Shown here one piece after another: positions 15,142 through 24,026 of a DNA stretch of 43,430 bases. The DNA is taken from the IMG/VR virus record IMGVR_UViG_3300003775_000002. One strand, written 5' to 3'. A model generated the notes under the pieces. It did no database searches. It saw only the letters and a program-made list of their open reading frames with translations, and was not told where the DNA came from. Made by a program: the position numbers and the translations under genes. The stretch's first letter is position 1. The number at the start of each line of letters is the position of its first letter. This DNA comes from a virus.

Positions 15142-15653
15142 CGCTCGATCGCACACCGCAGAACGCTCCCGAGGCGAAGAAGCCCGGCCAATGCACCGCA
15201 TGGGGCTGCCCGATGTGGGCCGGTATCCGGCTCGGCAACGACTGGGTGTGCGATTGCCACGCCTTCGCCGACGTCACCGACTGGCAGCAGGTCACCACCC
15301 GCATCAACCTGCGGCTGCAGCTCGTCAAGACCGCGCATCGGGCGATGAACACCGATCCGTTCAAGGGCTGGGCCCACGCAGCTGCGGTGTACATGCCCAA
15401 GATCGGCCGGCCCGACCTCGTGCCCATTCGCGTGAAGCTCGCCCATCCCTACCGCGACCGACACACTGGCGAGCAGATCGACCGCATCGTCGAGGCGGAT
15501 GAGTCCGAACACCTTCCCCTGTGGGCAACGCGCCTGCGCTCCGCGATCTTCCGCGAATGCGTGAACGGCATTCCACAGGCTCAACAACCCGCGACGCAGG
15601 CTGAGGCCACAGGCCCGCAGACCGCCGCATCGCTGCTTCCGGAGTTCGCATGA
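15138..15653 (+). CDS. Hypothetical protein with N-terminal Cys cluster
   Basis: GQCTAWGCPMWAGIRLGNDWVCDCHAF. Good coding character and translationally coupled. Confidence 0.75.
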   Translation: MTLDRTPQNAPEAKKPGQCTAWGCPMWAGIRLGNDWVCDCHAFADVTDWQQVTTRINLRLQLVKTAHRAMNTDPFKGWAHAAAVYMPKIGRPDLVPIRVKLAHPYRDRHTGEQIDRIVEADESEHLPLWATRLRSAIFRECVNGIPQAQQPATQAEATGPQTAASLLPEFA

Positions 15654-16396
15654 GCACGCCCGTCACCGTCAAAGCCCAGGCAGCCTGGCCATTCCCCAGC
15701 CCGCGCAAGCGCGCCGAGATGGCGCAACTCGAAGCGGAGTTGAACAGCAGGCTCGCGCCCATCACCAAGGGCGCCATCGATGCTGAGATCGCCGCCACTT
15801 CCGATTCTTCCCCCTCGAATGAGGCGGGGAAAACGGACAACCGCGCCTGCAAGAGCGTCCAGAAGCGGCTGGCGGTTCAGCGTGCAGAGCCTGAGCCGCA
15901 CACATCACGCGCGCGCGTGCCTGCGACGGCCTGCAACGTGAACATCCTCGCGCTCGACCTGGGCACGAAATGCGGCTGGGCGTACTCCAAACGCGACGGG
16001 AAGGTGCGCAGTGGGACCGAGAACTTCTCGGCCGGCAAGAACCCGCATCCGGGCTATCGCTGGCTGCTGATGCGCACGTGGTTGGGCGACGTGTCGCGCG
16101 AGATGGGCGAAGTCCATGTCGTGTACTACGAGGAGGTGAAGCGCCATGTGTCGAACCTGTCGGCTCGCGCGTACTGCGGCTTCCTGGCGATCCTCGAAGT
16201 CTGGTGCGCGACCAACAACGTGCGGCTGGTTGGCGTGGGCGTAGGCACGATCAAGAAGCACGCCACCGGCAACGGCCGGGCCAGCAAGGAAGACATGATC
16301 GACGACGCCAAGCGCCGCGGTGTGTCAGTGGTCGACGACAACGAAGGCGACGCGATCGGCATCCTCGGATATGCGGTGAAGCAGGAGGCAGCGTGA
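15650..16396 (+). CDS. RuvC-like Holliday junction resolvase with an N-terminal extension of about 95 aa
   Basis: ILALDLGTKCGWAY (first catalytic Asp), VVYYEEV (Glu) and VVDDNEGDAIGIL (C-terminal acidic pair) are present. Confidence 0.75.
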   Translation: MSTPVTVKAQAAWPFPSPRKRAEMAQLEAELNSRLAPITKGAIDAEIAATSDSSPSNEAGKTDNRACKSVQKRLAVQRAEPEPHTSRARVPATACNVNILALDLGTKCGWAYSKRDGKVRSGTENFSAGKNPHPGYRWLLMRTWLGDVSREMGEVHVVYYEEVKRHVSNLSARAYCGFLAILEVWCATNNVRLVGVGVGTIKKHATGNGRASKEDMIDDAKRRGVSVVDDNEGDAIGILGYAVKQEAA

Positions 16397-16818
16397 CCCC
16401 GGCCGATCAGGAATTCACCCACGATCCCGAGAACGGTCAGCACGGTGACTGCCAGCGAGCTGTGCTCGCGTCGTTGCTCGACCTTCCTCTGCAGTCAGTG
16501 CCGCATTTCCTGCGCGATGAAAAGGAAGGCGGCGTTGAGTTCTGGCAAGGCATTGCAGATTTCTGCTGGTCACATGGCTACGTGTTCATGATCACGCCGG
16601 CTGGCTCGACCATTAAGTGGGCGTCGAATGTCGTCTACCACGCGATATCAGGCCCGTCACCGCGTGGCAATGGCGTCTATCACACGGTCATTGGCCGTAA
16701 CGGAAAGATCGTGTTCGACCCGCATCCTTCGCGCGCCGGGTTGGCTGGTGACCACGACGAATGGACCTACGAATTCCTCGTTCGGCTGGGAAACCAGCCA
16801 CCTTCTGACCTCGACTAA
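16393..16818 (+). CDS. Hypothetical protein, possible papain-like (C39-like) cysteine peptidase fold
   Basis: A GTG start at 16393 follows AGGAGG and forms a GTGA overlap. GDCQRAVLASLLDLP (candidate Cys) and GVYHTVIGRNGKIVFDPHP (candidate His/Asp) are present. Confidence 0.6.
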   Translation: MTPADQEFTHDPENGQHGDCQRAVLASLLDLPLQSVPHFLRDEKEGGVEFWQGIADFCWSHGYVFMITPAGSTIKWASNVVYHAISGPSPRGNGVYHTVIGRNGKIVFDPHPSRAGLAGDHDEWTYEFLVRLGNQPPSDLD

Positions 16819-16829
16819 GGGAGCACAGC

Positions 16830-17180
16830 ATGACCCGCGAATACATCGGAACCAAACAAATCACCGCGTGGCCGCAGGAGAAGGACGGCAAGCCTGGCTA
16901 TGCCGTGAAATACGCCGACGGCTACACCAGCTGGAGCCCGAAGGACGTGTTCGAAGCCGCGTACATCGACATCGGCCACGTGTCGCAATTGCCGCCGCAC
17001 CAGCAGCGCGTGATCGGCGAGAAGGCGGTGAACGATGACAAGGTGCAGAAGCTGAGCGCGTTCCTCGCTGGCAGCATCTTCGAAGGCTTGGACGAGCACG
17101 AGCGCAATCGCTTGACGCACCAGCTCCAGGTCATGGTCCTGTACTCGGACATTCTGGCCGAGCGCATCGCAGCGTTCTGA
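16830..17180 (+). CDS. Hypothetical phage protein
   Basis: A GGGAG Shine-Dalgarno is present. The sequence starts MTREYIGTKQITAWPQEKDGKPGYAVKYADGYTSWSPKDVFEAAY. Good coding character. Confidence 0.75.
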   Translation: MTREYIGTKQITAWPQEKDGKPGYAVKYADGYTSWSPKDVFEAAYIDIGHVSQLPPHQQRVIGEKAVNDDKVQKLSAFLAGSIFEGLDEHERNRLTHQLQVMVLYSDILAERIAAF

Positions 17181-17225
17181 CCACTGAGCCGGGCCAGTCC
17201 CGGCCATCGCCATCTGGAGCACGCA

Positions 17226-17477
17226 ATGCTGACCTTCACCATCTTCCAGGCCGTGCTGATCGCGATGGCCCTGATCATCGCCGGCGCTATCCTCGGCGCG
17301 TTGTTGCTGTCCGAGTTCATCAAGATGGGCGAACTCGGCTGCGACGATCCGTCCGAGGAACACCACTGCTGGCACTGCGGTCACCCGGCGCACCACGGCA
17401 GCTGCGTGAACGTGCATCCGGACGTCGAGCGCTCGGCGTGGCGCAACGCCAGCGTCAAGACTCACCACGCAGACTGA
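17226..17477 (+). CDS. Small membrane protein with a Cys/His-rich tail
   Basis: N-terminal TM helix FTIFQAVLIAMALIIAGAILGALLL, then CWHCGHPAHHGSC. Confidence 0.65.
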   Translation: MLTFTIFQAVLIAMALIIAGAILGALLLSEFIKMGELGCDDPSEEHHCWHCGHPAHHGSCVNVHPDVERSAWRNASVKTHHAD

Positions 17478-17480
17478 ACC

Positions 17481-17732
17481 ATGCCAGACGACATCCAAAA
17501 CGACGGCGGCCCGGCCTTCCCGAACTCCATCCGGCCGGGGCTGGGCGGCTCTGCCGGCATCTCGACGCGTGACTACTTCGCGGCCAAGGCAGACGTCAGC
17601 ATCTACGCACCCGCCGAGACGTTCGAAGCCAAGAACGGACGCAAGCCCACCATCGGAGAATTGGCCGAGTACATCGCCTCGATCCGCTATGTCGAAGCCG
17701 ACGCCATGCTGGCCGAGCGGAGCCGGGAATGA
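17481..17732 (+). CDS. Hypothetical phage protein (GGPAFP motif)
   Basis: MPDDIQNDGGPAFPNS... Good coding character. Confidence 0.7.
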   Translation: MPDDIQNDGGPAFPNSIRPGLGGSAGISTRDYFAAKADVSIYAPAETFEAKNGRKPTIGELAEYIASIRYVEADAMLAERSRE

Positions 17733-17821
17733 ACCCGGTCTTCTGGCCGATGCTGGCCTGGTACATGTTCGCAGCCATCCTGACGGGGCGTGGCCGGGAG
17801 CCAAAACGGGAAAGGGGTTAG
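17729..17821 (+). CDS. Possible 30-aa membrane peptide
   Basis: My translation is MNPVFWPMLAWYMFAAILTGRGREPKRERG. An ATGA overlap links it to the upstream stop. It fills the gap before 17824. Confidence 0.3.
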   Translation: MNPVFWPMLAWYMFAAILTGRGREPKRERG

Positions 17822-17823
17822 CT

Positions 17824-18078
17824 ATGCAGTACCGCGACTTCGACTGGTCCGAGATCGTGTTCGACCTGAAACGGCTGGGCATGGATCACGTCCAGATCGT
17901 GGGCGCCTTGAACGGGTGCGTCACAGAGCGCGCCTTGCGCAAATACATGGCCGGCAGCCAGCCGAGCCACTGGCGGGGCGAAATGCTGCTCACGCTGTGG
18001 TCCACGCGCACCGGCAAGACACGGGAGCAAGCGCCAGTACGGGCCGCTCCCGTTCGCATTCAGGCGGGTAGCCATTGA
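17824..18078 (+). CDS. Hypothetical 84-aa protein upstream of the terminase genes
   Basis: ORF 17569..18078 is trimmed to the ATG at 17824 (MQYRDFDWSEIVFDLKRLGMDHVQIVGAL). A GGAAAGGGG Shine-Dalgarno is present. Confidence 0.65.
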   Translation: MQYRDFDWSEIVFDLKRLGMDHVQIVGALNGCVTERALRKYMAGSQPSHWRGEMLLTLWSTRTGKTREQAPVRAAPVRIQAGSH

Positions 18079-18533
18079 CGGGGAATGAAGTGGAACAGGG
18101 CAACAGCACCTTCACGTGGGAAATTGCGGACATCATCTGCGCGCGCATGTGCGAAGGTGAAACGCTCAGCGAGATCTGTCGGGACGAGGATATGCCAGGA
18201 CGGCGGACTGTCTACGACTGGTTGCGGCAGAACGTCGAATTCGCCAAAGCGATGGATATCGCACGGGACATCGGTGCGGACGCCATCGCTGACAAGTCCA
18301 AGGGCATCATGGACGAAAGGCCCGAGTACATCGACACGGAACATGGCAAGAAGGTGGACCCAGGATTCGTATCTTGGCAGGCGAAGCGGTCTGAGCACTA
18401 CCTGAAACTGCTGGCGAAATGGCACCCAGGCAGGTACGGCCCAAGGCTGGATCTGAACCACGGTGGCCAGTCGGGCAACCCGCTGGTGGTCATCCGTGAC
18501 CTGACCGGCCGCAAGGACGAGGAAAAACAGTGA
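18075..18533 (+). CDS. terS: Terminase small subunit (HTH type)
   Basis: ICARMCEGETLSEICRDEDMPGRRTVYDWLRQNVEFAKAMDIAR is the common small-terminase N-terminal HTH pattern. It lies directly upstream of terL. The start is TTG 18075, or GTG 18090 which has a GGGGA Shine-Dalgarno. Confidence 0.6.
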   Translation: MTGNEVEQGNSTFTWEIADIICARMCEGETLSEICRDEDMPGRRTVYDWLRQNVEFAKAMDIARDIGADAIADKSKGIMDERPEYIDTEHGKKVDPGFVSWQAKRSEHYLKLLAKWHPGRYGPRLDLNHGGQSGNPLVVIRDLTGRKDEEKQ

Positions 18534-19951
18534 GCCAGCACGTCGAGTTCGTCTACAAGCCACAGGGCGAGACGCTGGAGCGGTACATCCTCAGCGAGTC
18601 GGCGCGGACGTTCATCATGGGGCCGCTCGGCTCCGGCAAGACGAACGCCAGTTGCTGGAAGGTCTTCCGCAACATGTGCAGCCAGGAGCCGGACGCCCAG
18701 GGCATTCGCCGCTCGCGCTGGGCCGGCGTGCGGAACACATACCCGGACCTGACGTCGACCACGATCAAGGACTGGTTGGACATGTTCCGCGATCTGGGGC
18801 GCTATGTCGGTGGCGGCCTGGAGCCGCCCACGCATTACCTGCGGTTCGATCTCGGCGACGGCACCACGGTCGAGGCCGAAATGGTGTTCATCGCGCTGGA
18901 CCGCCCCGAGCACGAGCGCAAGCTGCGCGGCCTGCAGCTCACCGGCGCGTGGCTGAACGAGGTCAAGGAACTGTCGTTCGCCATCATCTCGATGCTCGAT
19001 CTGCGGGTCGGCCGCTATCCCAAGGACGTGCGACCGACCTGGTACGGCATCTTCGGTGACACCAACGCGCCGGACACCGACCACTGGTATTACAAGCTCG
19101 CCGAGGAAGACAAGCCGGACGGATGGCAGTTTCTGCGCCAGCCCGGCGGCGTGGTCAAGGATGGGGCAGGGTGGAAGCCCAACCCTGACGCGGAGAACGT
19201 GCACAATCTGCCCGGCGGCTATTACGAGCGCGGCATGCAGGGCAAGAAGTACGATTGGATCAAGGTCAACCTGGCCAACGAGTACGGCTTTGTCATGGAT
19301 GGCAGGCCGGTCTACAACGGCTATTCGGACATCCTGCACTGCCGGGCATTCGAGCTGAACCCGCGCATGCCTCTGCTCGTCGGCATGGACTTCGGGCTTA
19401 CCCCGGCGGCCACGTTCGGGCAGCGCACCCTCATGGGTGCCTGGCGCATACGTTCCGAACTGGTGGCCACCAGCATGGGCGCCAAGGCATTCGCCCGCGA
19501 GATCAAGAACCACGTTGCGCACCAGTACCCAGGCTTCGAGATCGGCTCGCTGACCGGGGACCCAGCGGGCGACACGCGCGCCCAGACCGATGAGATCACC
19601 CCCTTCCAGATCCTACGAGCGGCCGACATCGTGGCCAAGCCTGCGCCGACGAACGATTTCCTGATCCGGGTGGAGGCGGTGGACAGCGCGCTTGGTCGAC
19701 TCATCGATGGCGAGCCCGGCATCCTGGTGCATTCGGATTGCCGCGTGCTGCGCAAGGCAATGGCGGGCGGCTACTGCTACCGCCGGCTGCAGGTATCTGG
19801 CGAGCGCTTCGCCGACGCGCCGGACAAGAACGCGTACTCGCACGTGGCTGAAGCCCTGCAGTACCTGCTGCTGGGCGGCGGTGAGCACCGGGAGGTGCTG
19901 GGCCGCAAGAAGCCGACCGGCAAGCGACCAACCCGCGCCACCACGGATTGA
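18530..19951 (+). CDS. terL: Terminase large subunit
   Basis: Walker A IMGPLGSGKTNAS is present. Size and position match. GTG start with a GAGGAAAAA Shine-Dalgarno. Confidence 0.85.
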   Translation: MSQHVEFVYKPQGETLERYILSESARTFIMGPLGSGKTNASCWKVFRNMCSQEPDAQGIRRSRWAGVRNTYPDLTSTTIKDWLDMFRDLGRYVGGGLEPPTHYLRFDLGDGTTVEAEMVFIALDRPEHERKLRGLQLTGAWLNEVKELSFAIISMLDLRVGRYPKDVRPTWYGIFGDTNAPDTDHWYYKLAEEDKPDGWQFLRQPGGVVKDGAGWKPNPDAENVHNLPGGYYERGMQGKKYDWIKVNLANEYGFVMDGRPVYNGYSDILHCRAFELNPRMPLLVGMDFGLTPAATFGQRTLMGAWRIRSELVATSMGAKAFAREIKNHVAHQYPGFEIGSLTGDPAGDTRAQTDEITPFQILRAADIVAKPAPTNDFLIRVEAVDSALGRLIDGEPGILVHSDCRVLRKAMAGGYCYRRLQVSGERFADAPDKNAYSHVAEALQYLLLGGGEHREVLGRKKPTGKRPTRATTD

Positions 19952-19952
19952 A

Positions 19953-19969
19953 ACGGACAACAGTCCGAT
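19953..19969 (+). repeat. 17-nt hairpin motif ACGGACAACAGTCCGAT, copy 1
   Basis: Identical to 36839..36855. It has a CGGAC/GTCCG stem with an AACA loop. It starts 2 nt after the terL stop. Confidence 0.6.
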
Positions 19970-20017
19970 CCGCCACTCATATCGTCCGCCGGGTAATCAA
20001 TCCTTGCGAGACAAACC

Positions 20018-20221
20018 ATGTTTGGTGGTGGCGGCGGTGCAAAACTCCCAGATCCCCCGGCGCCGACCGCGCCGCCGGCGACAACCGATTCCCAGACGGC
20101 AGTCAACCAGGAGGCAGAGCGCCTGCGCCGCCGTCGTGGCACGGCCGCCACCGAGCTGGCCGGTGATACCGCCACGGTAGGCGCGCAGTCCGTCGCGACC
20201 AAGACTCTGCTGGGGACCTGA
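20018..20221 (+). CDS. Small Gly/Pro/Ala-rich virion-module protein (67 aa)
   Basis: MFGGGGGAKLPDPPAPTAPP...EAERLRRRRGTA. An ATGA overlap links it to the portal start. Confidence 0.6.
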   Translation: MFGGGGGAKLPDPPAPTAPPATTDSQTAVNQEAERLRRRRGTAATELAGDTATVGAQSVATKTLLGT

Positions 20222-21861
20222 TGAACAACGATGACATCAGCGCCATCAACACAGCGCTCACCCAGCTCGAGTTCCTGAAGACCCAGCGGTCTGCATTCGA
20301 GCAGCAGTGGAACGAGGTGGTCGATCGCGTGCTGCCGCGTCATCCGGGCTTCAATCGCGGCAAGGGCCAGCCAGGCACAGTACGCGCCCAGCGCATCTAC
20401 GACGCCACGGCTCAGCTTGGCCTGCGCCACTTCGCCGCTGCTACCGACTCCATGATCACGCCTCGTACGCAGGTGTGGCACCGCCTGATCAGCGAGAACG
20501 ACGCGCTTGAGGACAATCAGAACGTCAAGCGGTATTTGGACGACGTGACGAAGGCGCTCTTCACCATGCGCTATCGCTGGAAGGCAGGTTTCACCCAGGC
20601 TTTCGGCGGCACCTACACGTCCATCGGTGCGTTCGGCGCTGGTGGCGTAATGATCGAAGACGCGGTGCGTCGTCGTGGCGCGCGCTACCGCTTCTGCCCG
20701 CTGCAGCGCCTGTGGTACGCGGAGGGTGAGGACGGCATCGACAAGGCATTCATGATGTGGCCGATGACCGTGCGCCAGGCGGTGCAGAAGTTCGGCAAGT
20801 CGAGTCTGCCGCAGAGCCTGCAGAACCTGCTGGAGCGCGAGCCCGAGAAGGTCACCGACTTCCTGCACGTGGTGCAGCCGCGCCAGGACCGTGACGTCAG
20901 CAAACTCGACAGCCTGAACATGCGTTTCGAGTCGCTGTGGGTCTCGATGCAAGGAAAAAAGATCGTCGAGCGCAGCGGCTTTCGTACGTTCCCGGTCGCC
21001 ATCGGTCGGTTCTACGTCGACGACGACAGCGACTATGGCGCAGGGCCAGCAGGCGACGTGCTGCCCGATATCGCGATGGTCAACGAAATGGAGCGCACGA
21101 ACATCAAGGGCGCGCAGAAGGCGGTCGATCCGCCTCTGCTGCTGCCGGAGGATGGCGCGCTCGAAGGCTTCGACCTGCGTTCCGGCTCCCTGAACTACGG
21201 AGGTTTGAACGACCGCGGCGAGCAGCTGGTGAAGGTGCTGGAGAGCGGTCAGCGCGTGGATCTCGGGATCGAGTACACGAACCAGAAGCGCGAGGTGATC
21301 AACCTTGGCTTCTACGTGACGCTGTTCCAGATCCTTGTCGACAACCCGCAGATGACTGCCACCGAGGTTCTGCAGCGCGCGCAGGAGAAGGGTGTGCTGC
21401 TGGCCCCGACGATGGGCCGCGTGCAGTCCGAGCTGCTGGGTCCGACCATCGAGCGCGAACTAGACATCGCCTTCCAGGCAGGACTGCTGCCGCAGATGCC
21501 CGACGAACTGATCGAGGCCGGCGGTTCCGTGACGATCGAATACGACAGCCCGCTGAACCGTGCCATGCGCGCGGAAGAGGGCACTGCCGTTCTGCGCTGG
21601 GCCGAGGCTTCCGCTCCGTTCATTCAGGCTGATCCACGCGCGGCCGCCGTTCCCAAGGCCGAGGCTATCGTGCGCGGCCTGGCCGACGTATTCAGCGTGC
21701 CGGCCAAGTACGTCAACAGCGAAGACGACGTGCAGAAGGCAGCCGAGCAACAGCAGCAGCAACAGCAGGCAGCGGCGCTGCTGGAGGCCGCCCCCGTTGC
21801 TGCCGGTGCCGCCAAGGATCTCGCTGACGCCAGCGCCACTGTGCAAAACGCACGCATCTGA
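20221..21861 (+). CDS. Portal (podovirus head-to-tail connector type)
   Basis: 546 aa, immediately after the terminase genes. Its N terminus LEFLKTQRSAFEQQWNEVVDRVLP is typical of T7-type connectors. It has a C-terminal poly-Q tract. Confidence 0.8.
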   Translation: MNNDDISAINTALTQLEFLKTQRSAFEQQWNEVVDRVLPRHPGFNRGKGQPGTVRAQRIYDATAQLGLRHFAAATDSMITPRTQVWHRLISENDALEDNQNVKRYLDDVTKALFTMRYRWKAGFTQAFGGTYTSIGAFGAGGVMIEDAVRRRGARYRFCPLQRLWYAEGEDGIDKAFMMWPMTVRQAVQKFGKSSLPQSLQNLLEREPEKVTDFLHVVQPRQDRDVSKLDSLNMRFESLWVSMQGKKIVERSGFRTFPVAIGRFYVDDDSDYGAGPAGDVLPDIAMVNEMERTNIKGAQKAVDPPLLLPEDGALEGFDLRSGSLNYGGLNDRGEQLVKVLESGQRVDLGIEYTNQKREVINLGFYVTLFQILVDNPQMTATEVLQRAQEKGVLLAPTMGRVQSELLGPTIERELDIAFQAGLLPQMPDELIEAGGSVTIEYDSPLNRAMRAEEGTAVLRWAEASAPFIQADPRAAAVPKAEAIVRGLADVFSVPAKYVNSEDDVQKAAEQQQQQQQAAALLEAAPVAAGAAKDLADASATVQNARI

Positions 21862-21863
21862 CC

Positions 21864-22163
21864 ATGACCAACAAATTCACCGATCTGTTCTATCGCATGA
21901 CTGGCCGGCGGAATGCATACAGCTCGTGCTTCCGCGACCGCGACGGCAACCTGACGACGGCCGGCCGCCAGGTCCTCCAAGACCTACGGCGCTTCTGCCG
22001 CGTGGACCAGAGCACGGTCGTCGTCTCCCCCGTTTCTCGCGTGATCGATACCCACGCAACCATGGTGGCCGAAGGCCGCCGCGAGGTCTTCAACCGCCTC
22101 CAGTACTACCTCAATCTCACCGACGAGCAACTTCTCCAAATCAAGGACCGCAGCGATGAATAA
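21864..22163 (+). CDS. Hypothetical head-module protein
   Basis: Good coding character. It lies between the portal and scaffold genes. Confidence 0.65.
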   Translation: MTNKFTDLFYRMTGRRNAYSSCFRDRDGNLTTAGRQVLQDLRRFCRVDQSTVVVSPVSRVIDTHATMVAEGRREVFNRLQYYLNLTDEQLLQIKDRSDE

Positions 22164-22938
22164 GCGAAAACTCCTGGCCTTCTTCCTCATGAACCAAGAT
22201 CCGGCCGCAGCTGGTGGCGGTGGTGGTGCAGGCACTCCTGCAGCAGCACCTGCCCCCGCAGCTGCATCGCCGGCTCCTGCGCCAGCACCCGCTGCCGCTA
22301 CACCTGCCCCGGCTCCCGCGCCTGCTGCGGCACAAACGGACCCCAGTCCCACTGACTGGTTGCAATCTCTGCCCGACGCCGAAGCCAAGGACTACGCGAC
22401 GAAGAAAGGTTGGAAGGACCCAGCCGAGGCAGTCAAGGCGATCCGGGAAATGGAAGGTCGTTTCGCAGTGCCGGAAAACGCTGACGGTTATCAGCTTCCG
22501 GTACCGCAGGGCCAAGATCCAGCCTTCTCTAAGCAGGTGTCGGCGTGGTTCCTGGAAGCAGGTGTTCCGACTGCAGCGGCAAAGGTTGTGGCCGAGCGTT
22601 GGAACACCGCGATGCAGGCGGCGGAGACGCAGCGCGTGCAGAAGGTCGAACAGGAAATGGGAGCCCTGAAGTCGGAATGGGGCAACGAGTACGACGCGAA
22701 TGTCGAACTCGGCCGGCGAGTGATGCGCAACTTCGGCATCACCGCAGAGCAGATCGACAAGATTTCCGGCCCGATGGGCGACGTCACGACGTTGCGCGTC
22801 TTCCAGCGGATCGGTAAGGGCTTGAGTGAGGGAACGCTCGGGCCGGGTGGTGGTAGCGGTAGCGGCAACGCTGATCCGGTGGACCCGGATAAGGCGCGCG
22901 CTGCCCGGATGTTCCCGAGCATGCAGCCTAAGAGCTAA
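22156..22938 (+). CDS. Scaffolding protein
   Basis: It lies directly before the capsid gene. It has an Ala/Pro low-complexity N-terminal region followed by a helical acidic/basic region. Confidence 0.65.
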   Translation: MNKRKLLAFFLMNQDPAAAGGGGGAGTPAAAPAPAAASPAPAPAPAAATPAPAPAPAAAQTDPSPTDWLQSLPDAEAKDYATKKGWKDPAEAVKAIREMEGRFAVPENADGYQLPVPQGQDPAFSKQVSAWFLEAGVPTAAAKVVAERWNTAMQAAETQRVQKVEQEMGALKSEWGNEYDANVELGRRVMRNFGITAEQIDKISGPMGDVTTLRVFQRIGKGLSEGTLGPGGGSGSGNADPVDPDKARAARMFPSMQPKS

Positions 22939-22949
22939 AGGAGAAAACG

Positions 22950-23945
22950 ATGGCAACCACTGGCGCCAACAACCTTGGCATCATCGATGTCGCCAAGCGT
23001 CTCGACCCGAATGGCGACACCGCCGACGTGGCCGAGATGCTGGCGCAGACCAACGAGATCGTGCAAGACGTTCCGTGGGTCGAAGGTAACCTGCCCACCG
23101 GGCAGCAATCCACCATCCGTACCGGCCTGCCCAGCACCATCTGGCGCAAGCTGTACCAAGGTGTTCCGCCCTCGAAGAGCACGACCGCGCAAGTAACCGA
23201 CACGTGCGGCATGCTCAATGCTCGTAGCGAGCCGGACATCAAGGTGGTGAACCTGGCCAATGATCCGGCCGCGTTCCGCCTGGATGAGTCGGCCGCTTTC
23301 ATCGAGAAGATGGGCCAGGACTACTGCACGGCGCTGCTCTATGGCGATACTTCCATCAACCCGGAACAGTTCTACGGCTTCACGCCGCGGTACTCGTCTA
23401 CCGCCGGTGGCTCGGGTCAGAACGTGGTCCTCGGCGGCGGCTCCGGCGCTGACAATACCTCGATCTGGCTGGTGGGCTGGGGCAAGCGCACGGTCTTCGG
23501 CATCTACCCGAAGAACTCGAAAGCTGGTCTGTCGCACCAAGACCTTGGTGAGATCGATGCCTTCGACGGCAACCAGAACCGCTACCGTGCATTCGGCGAT
23601 CTGTACGAGTGGAACTGCGGCTTGGTGGTCAAGGATTGGCGCTATGTGGTGCGCATCGCGAACATCGACGTCTCTGACGCTATGGCCGGTACCGGCACGA
23701 TGGCAAACCAGAAGCTGATCGAACTGCTGATCGACGCGAAGAATCGCTTCCCGACGCTCAACGGCGTGCAGCCACGGATCTACGCGAACCGCACGATCCA
23801 GTCGGCGCTGGAGAAGATGGCGCTGAACAAGTCGAATGCTGCGCTGTCGATCCGGGAGGCTGCCGAGCAGTTCCAGACGGCGTTCCTCGGCATTCCAATC
23901 CGCCAGGTCGACCAGATCCTGACGACCGAGGCGCTGGTCTCGTAA
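22950..23945 (+). CDS. Major capsid protein (HK97 fold type)
   Basis: A GGAGA Shine-Dalgarno is present. 331 aa with typical position and composition. The 501-aa antisense ORF is junk. Confidence 0.8.
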   Translation: MATTGANNLGIIDVAKRLDPNGDTADVAEMLAQTNEIVQDVPWVEGNLPTGQQSTIRTGLPSTIWRKLYQGVPPSKSTTAQVTDTCGMLNARSEPDIKVVNLANDPAAFRLDESAAFIEKMGQDYCTALLYGDTSINPEQFYGFTPRYSSTAGGSGQNVVLGGGSGADNTSIWLVGWGKRTVFGIYPKNSKAGLSHQDLGEIDAFDGNQNRYRAFGDLYEWNCGLVVKDWRYVVRIANIDVSDAMAGTGTMANQKLIELLIDAKNRFPTLNGVQPRIYANRTIQSALEKMALNKSNAALSIREAAEQFQTAFLGIPIRQVDQILTTEALVS

Positions 23946-24026
23946 GACGCCGATCCGGCGAAGTAGCAGATGCAAGGGCCGGCGGCGCGATAGAAGCGCC
24001 CCGGCTGAACCACTCAGGAGAGCAAC

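Noticed and set aside
17188-17204. The hairpin GCCGGG-ccagt-CCCGGC after 16830..17180 as an early/late terminator.
   Set aside because: It has a stable stem but no following T run. Sequence alone cannot distinguish it from a chance GC-rich palindrome.
22201-22332. Repetitive GC-rich DNA as a CRISPR-like or tandem-repeat array.
   Set aside because: The repeats are short, imperfect and in frame, encoding an Ala/Pro low-complexity segment of the scaffold protein. There is no repeat-spacer periodicity.
23946-24026. A terminator-like GC hairpin after the major capsid gene (GCCGGCGGCGC...GCGCCCCGGC).
   Set aside because: The stem is imperfect with a bulge and has no T run. It may attenuate or stabilise the transcript, but the sequence does not support a confident call.
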